Source: Ostrea edulis (lineage: Eukaryota). From it: DNA of 64,000 nucleotides. Below the pieces are notes generated by a model that saw only the letters and a list, made by a program, of their open reading frames with translations, was not told the DNA's origin and made no database searches. Numbering within the stretch: the first letter of the stretch is position 1; every line of letters begins with the position of its first letter. A program made the position numbers and the translations under genes. Positions 63,037 to 64,000 of the stretch are shown here, piece by piece. Location of the stretch: the NCBI RefSeq assembly GCF_947568905.1, contig NC_079170.1, positions 4,402,001 through 4,466,000 of the forward strand. The letters are read 5' to 3'.

Positions 63037-63391
63037 TGTAATGGTTTGGGCCGTGGATATCGGCCTGGATAGCTCAGTCAGTAGAGCACCTGACTAGTGA
63101 TGCAGGGGTCCCGGGTTCGATTTCCGGTCCTGCCATACATTTTCTCATTTCCTGTTACAGATTTGGTGCCGTTGACCACCCCTGGACTTGGAGGTGAAAG
63201 TCCTCCCAGGGACAAATAAGAACTTGGGTTGCATCTTCGAGGGCGAAGACAATTTAAGGAGGGAGGAATGTAATGGTTCTGGCCGTGGATATCGGCCTGG
63301 GTAGCTCAGTCGGTAGAGCACCTGACTAGTGATGCAGGGGTCCCGGGTTCAATTCCCGGTCCAGCCATACATTTTCTCCTTTCCTGTTACA
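63037..63391 (+). mobile_element. TRIM with tRNA-derived LTRs (Helenus/TRIMp3 type)
   Basis: 123-bp LTRs at 63037-63159 and 63269-63391 (TGTAA..TTACA), each with A/B boxes. PBS-like TGGTGCCGT (63164), PPT AAGGAGGGAGGAA (63256-63268), 4-bp TSD TATA. Confidence 0.9.
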
Positions 63392-64000
63392 TATATATAT
63401 AGAGACAATTTCTTTTCCTTTTTTTCTTTTTTGGCATCCTATTTTAGGCCTACAGTATTAATTTTGGGCTCATTTACTAGGAATGTTATAACTTTATTGG
63501 AATTGTCCCACTGAATTAAAGGGAACTCTTTTTTCAGGTGCGCATGATGCAACTTCTGGATGGTGTGTAGTCTGTTTGTCAACATGTGAAACCCACGTGT
63601 ATTTTGAGGTAGGTGTGTTTACTGTCAATTTTCTCTCTTAAATGCCGCATAAGGCGTCTTTTTTCTGATCTCAAATTTTTGCCCAAGAATTAATCTTTAT
63701 TTTCTCTTTCATTAATTATCTTAATTTAATTAAAGCTATATAGTAACATATAGTGAAATTATTTCCTTGTGTGAGACCTTAAGAGTAACAGGTAACGTTC
63801 ATTTTGACTGCAATTTCTCTGATTTCAGGAGTAGCCTCCCCTGTTAAAGATCAATAATGGTGGATAAACAATGCAGGATGCTGTCATGTCATCAACAGAG
63901 AGTTTTGACACCCGTATACTCGTATTTCTACCAATCACCTCTGTAACCTTTGTTGTGTTCATCAGACAGGTAAGAAATACATGATAATTATTTTAAATAA

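Noticed and set aside
63070-63380. Two tRNA genes
   Set aside because: Acceptor stems are imperfect and both lie inside paired LTRs with PBS, PPT and TSD. They are element-borne tRNA-derived sequences.

Overview
Eukaryotic, AT-rich draft-assembly DNA with two N gaps. It is most likely an oyster-like bivalve; this is inferred from the C1qDC and LRR genes and the repeat families, not proven. Only two host genes are supported: a secreted LRR protein (about 9.6-10.9 kb) and a two-exon C1q-domain gene (20.6-21.4 kb). The rest is mostly mobile DNA. (1) A 31-bp satellite (1-7227) is interrupted by two tandem Helentron-like (HINE) copies; all the huge ORFs there are artefacts. (2) A ~351-bp tandem repeat carries intact minimal type I hammerhead ribozymes (non-LTR retrozyme; 8.9, 11.5 and 13.2-13.9 kb). 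(3) A cluster of Penelope-like retroelement remnants lies at 21.7-25.0 kb. (4) A 28.35-kb CACTA/EnSpm element (27231-55581; 13-bp CACTG TIRs, CTA TSD) carries a broken transposase, a small two-exon basic gene and a divergent five-exon accessory gene. It also hosts a full BEL/Pao LTR element and a Kolobok-like TTAA element, which in turn hosts a DIRS/Ngaro-type tyrosine-recombinase retroelement with an SGNH hydrolase ORF. (5) An intact Tc1 (DD34E), solo LTRs and MITEs follow. (6) A 355-bp TRIM whose LTRs contain a tRNA-derived Pol III promoter (Helenus/TRIMp3 type) lies at 63037-63391. Most of these classes are already described; the CACTA cargo genes and the retrozyme are the best leads. All coordinates were read by eye and no database searches were run.
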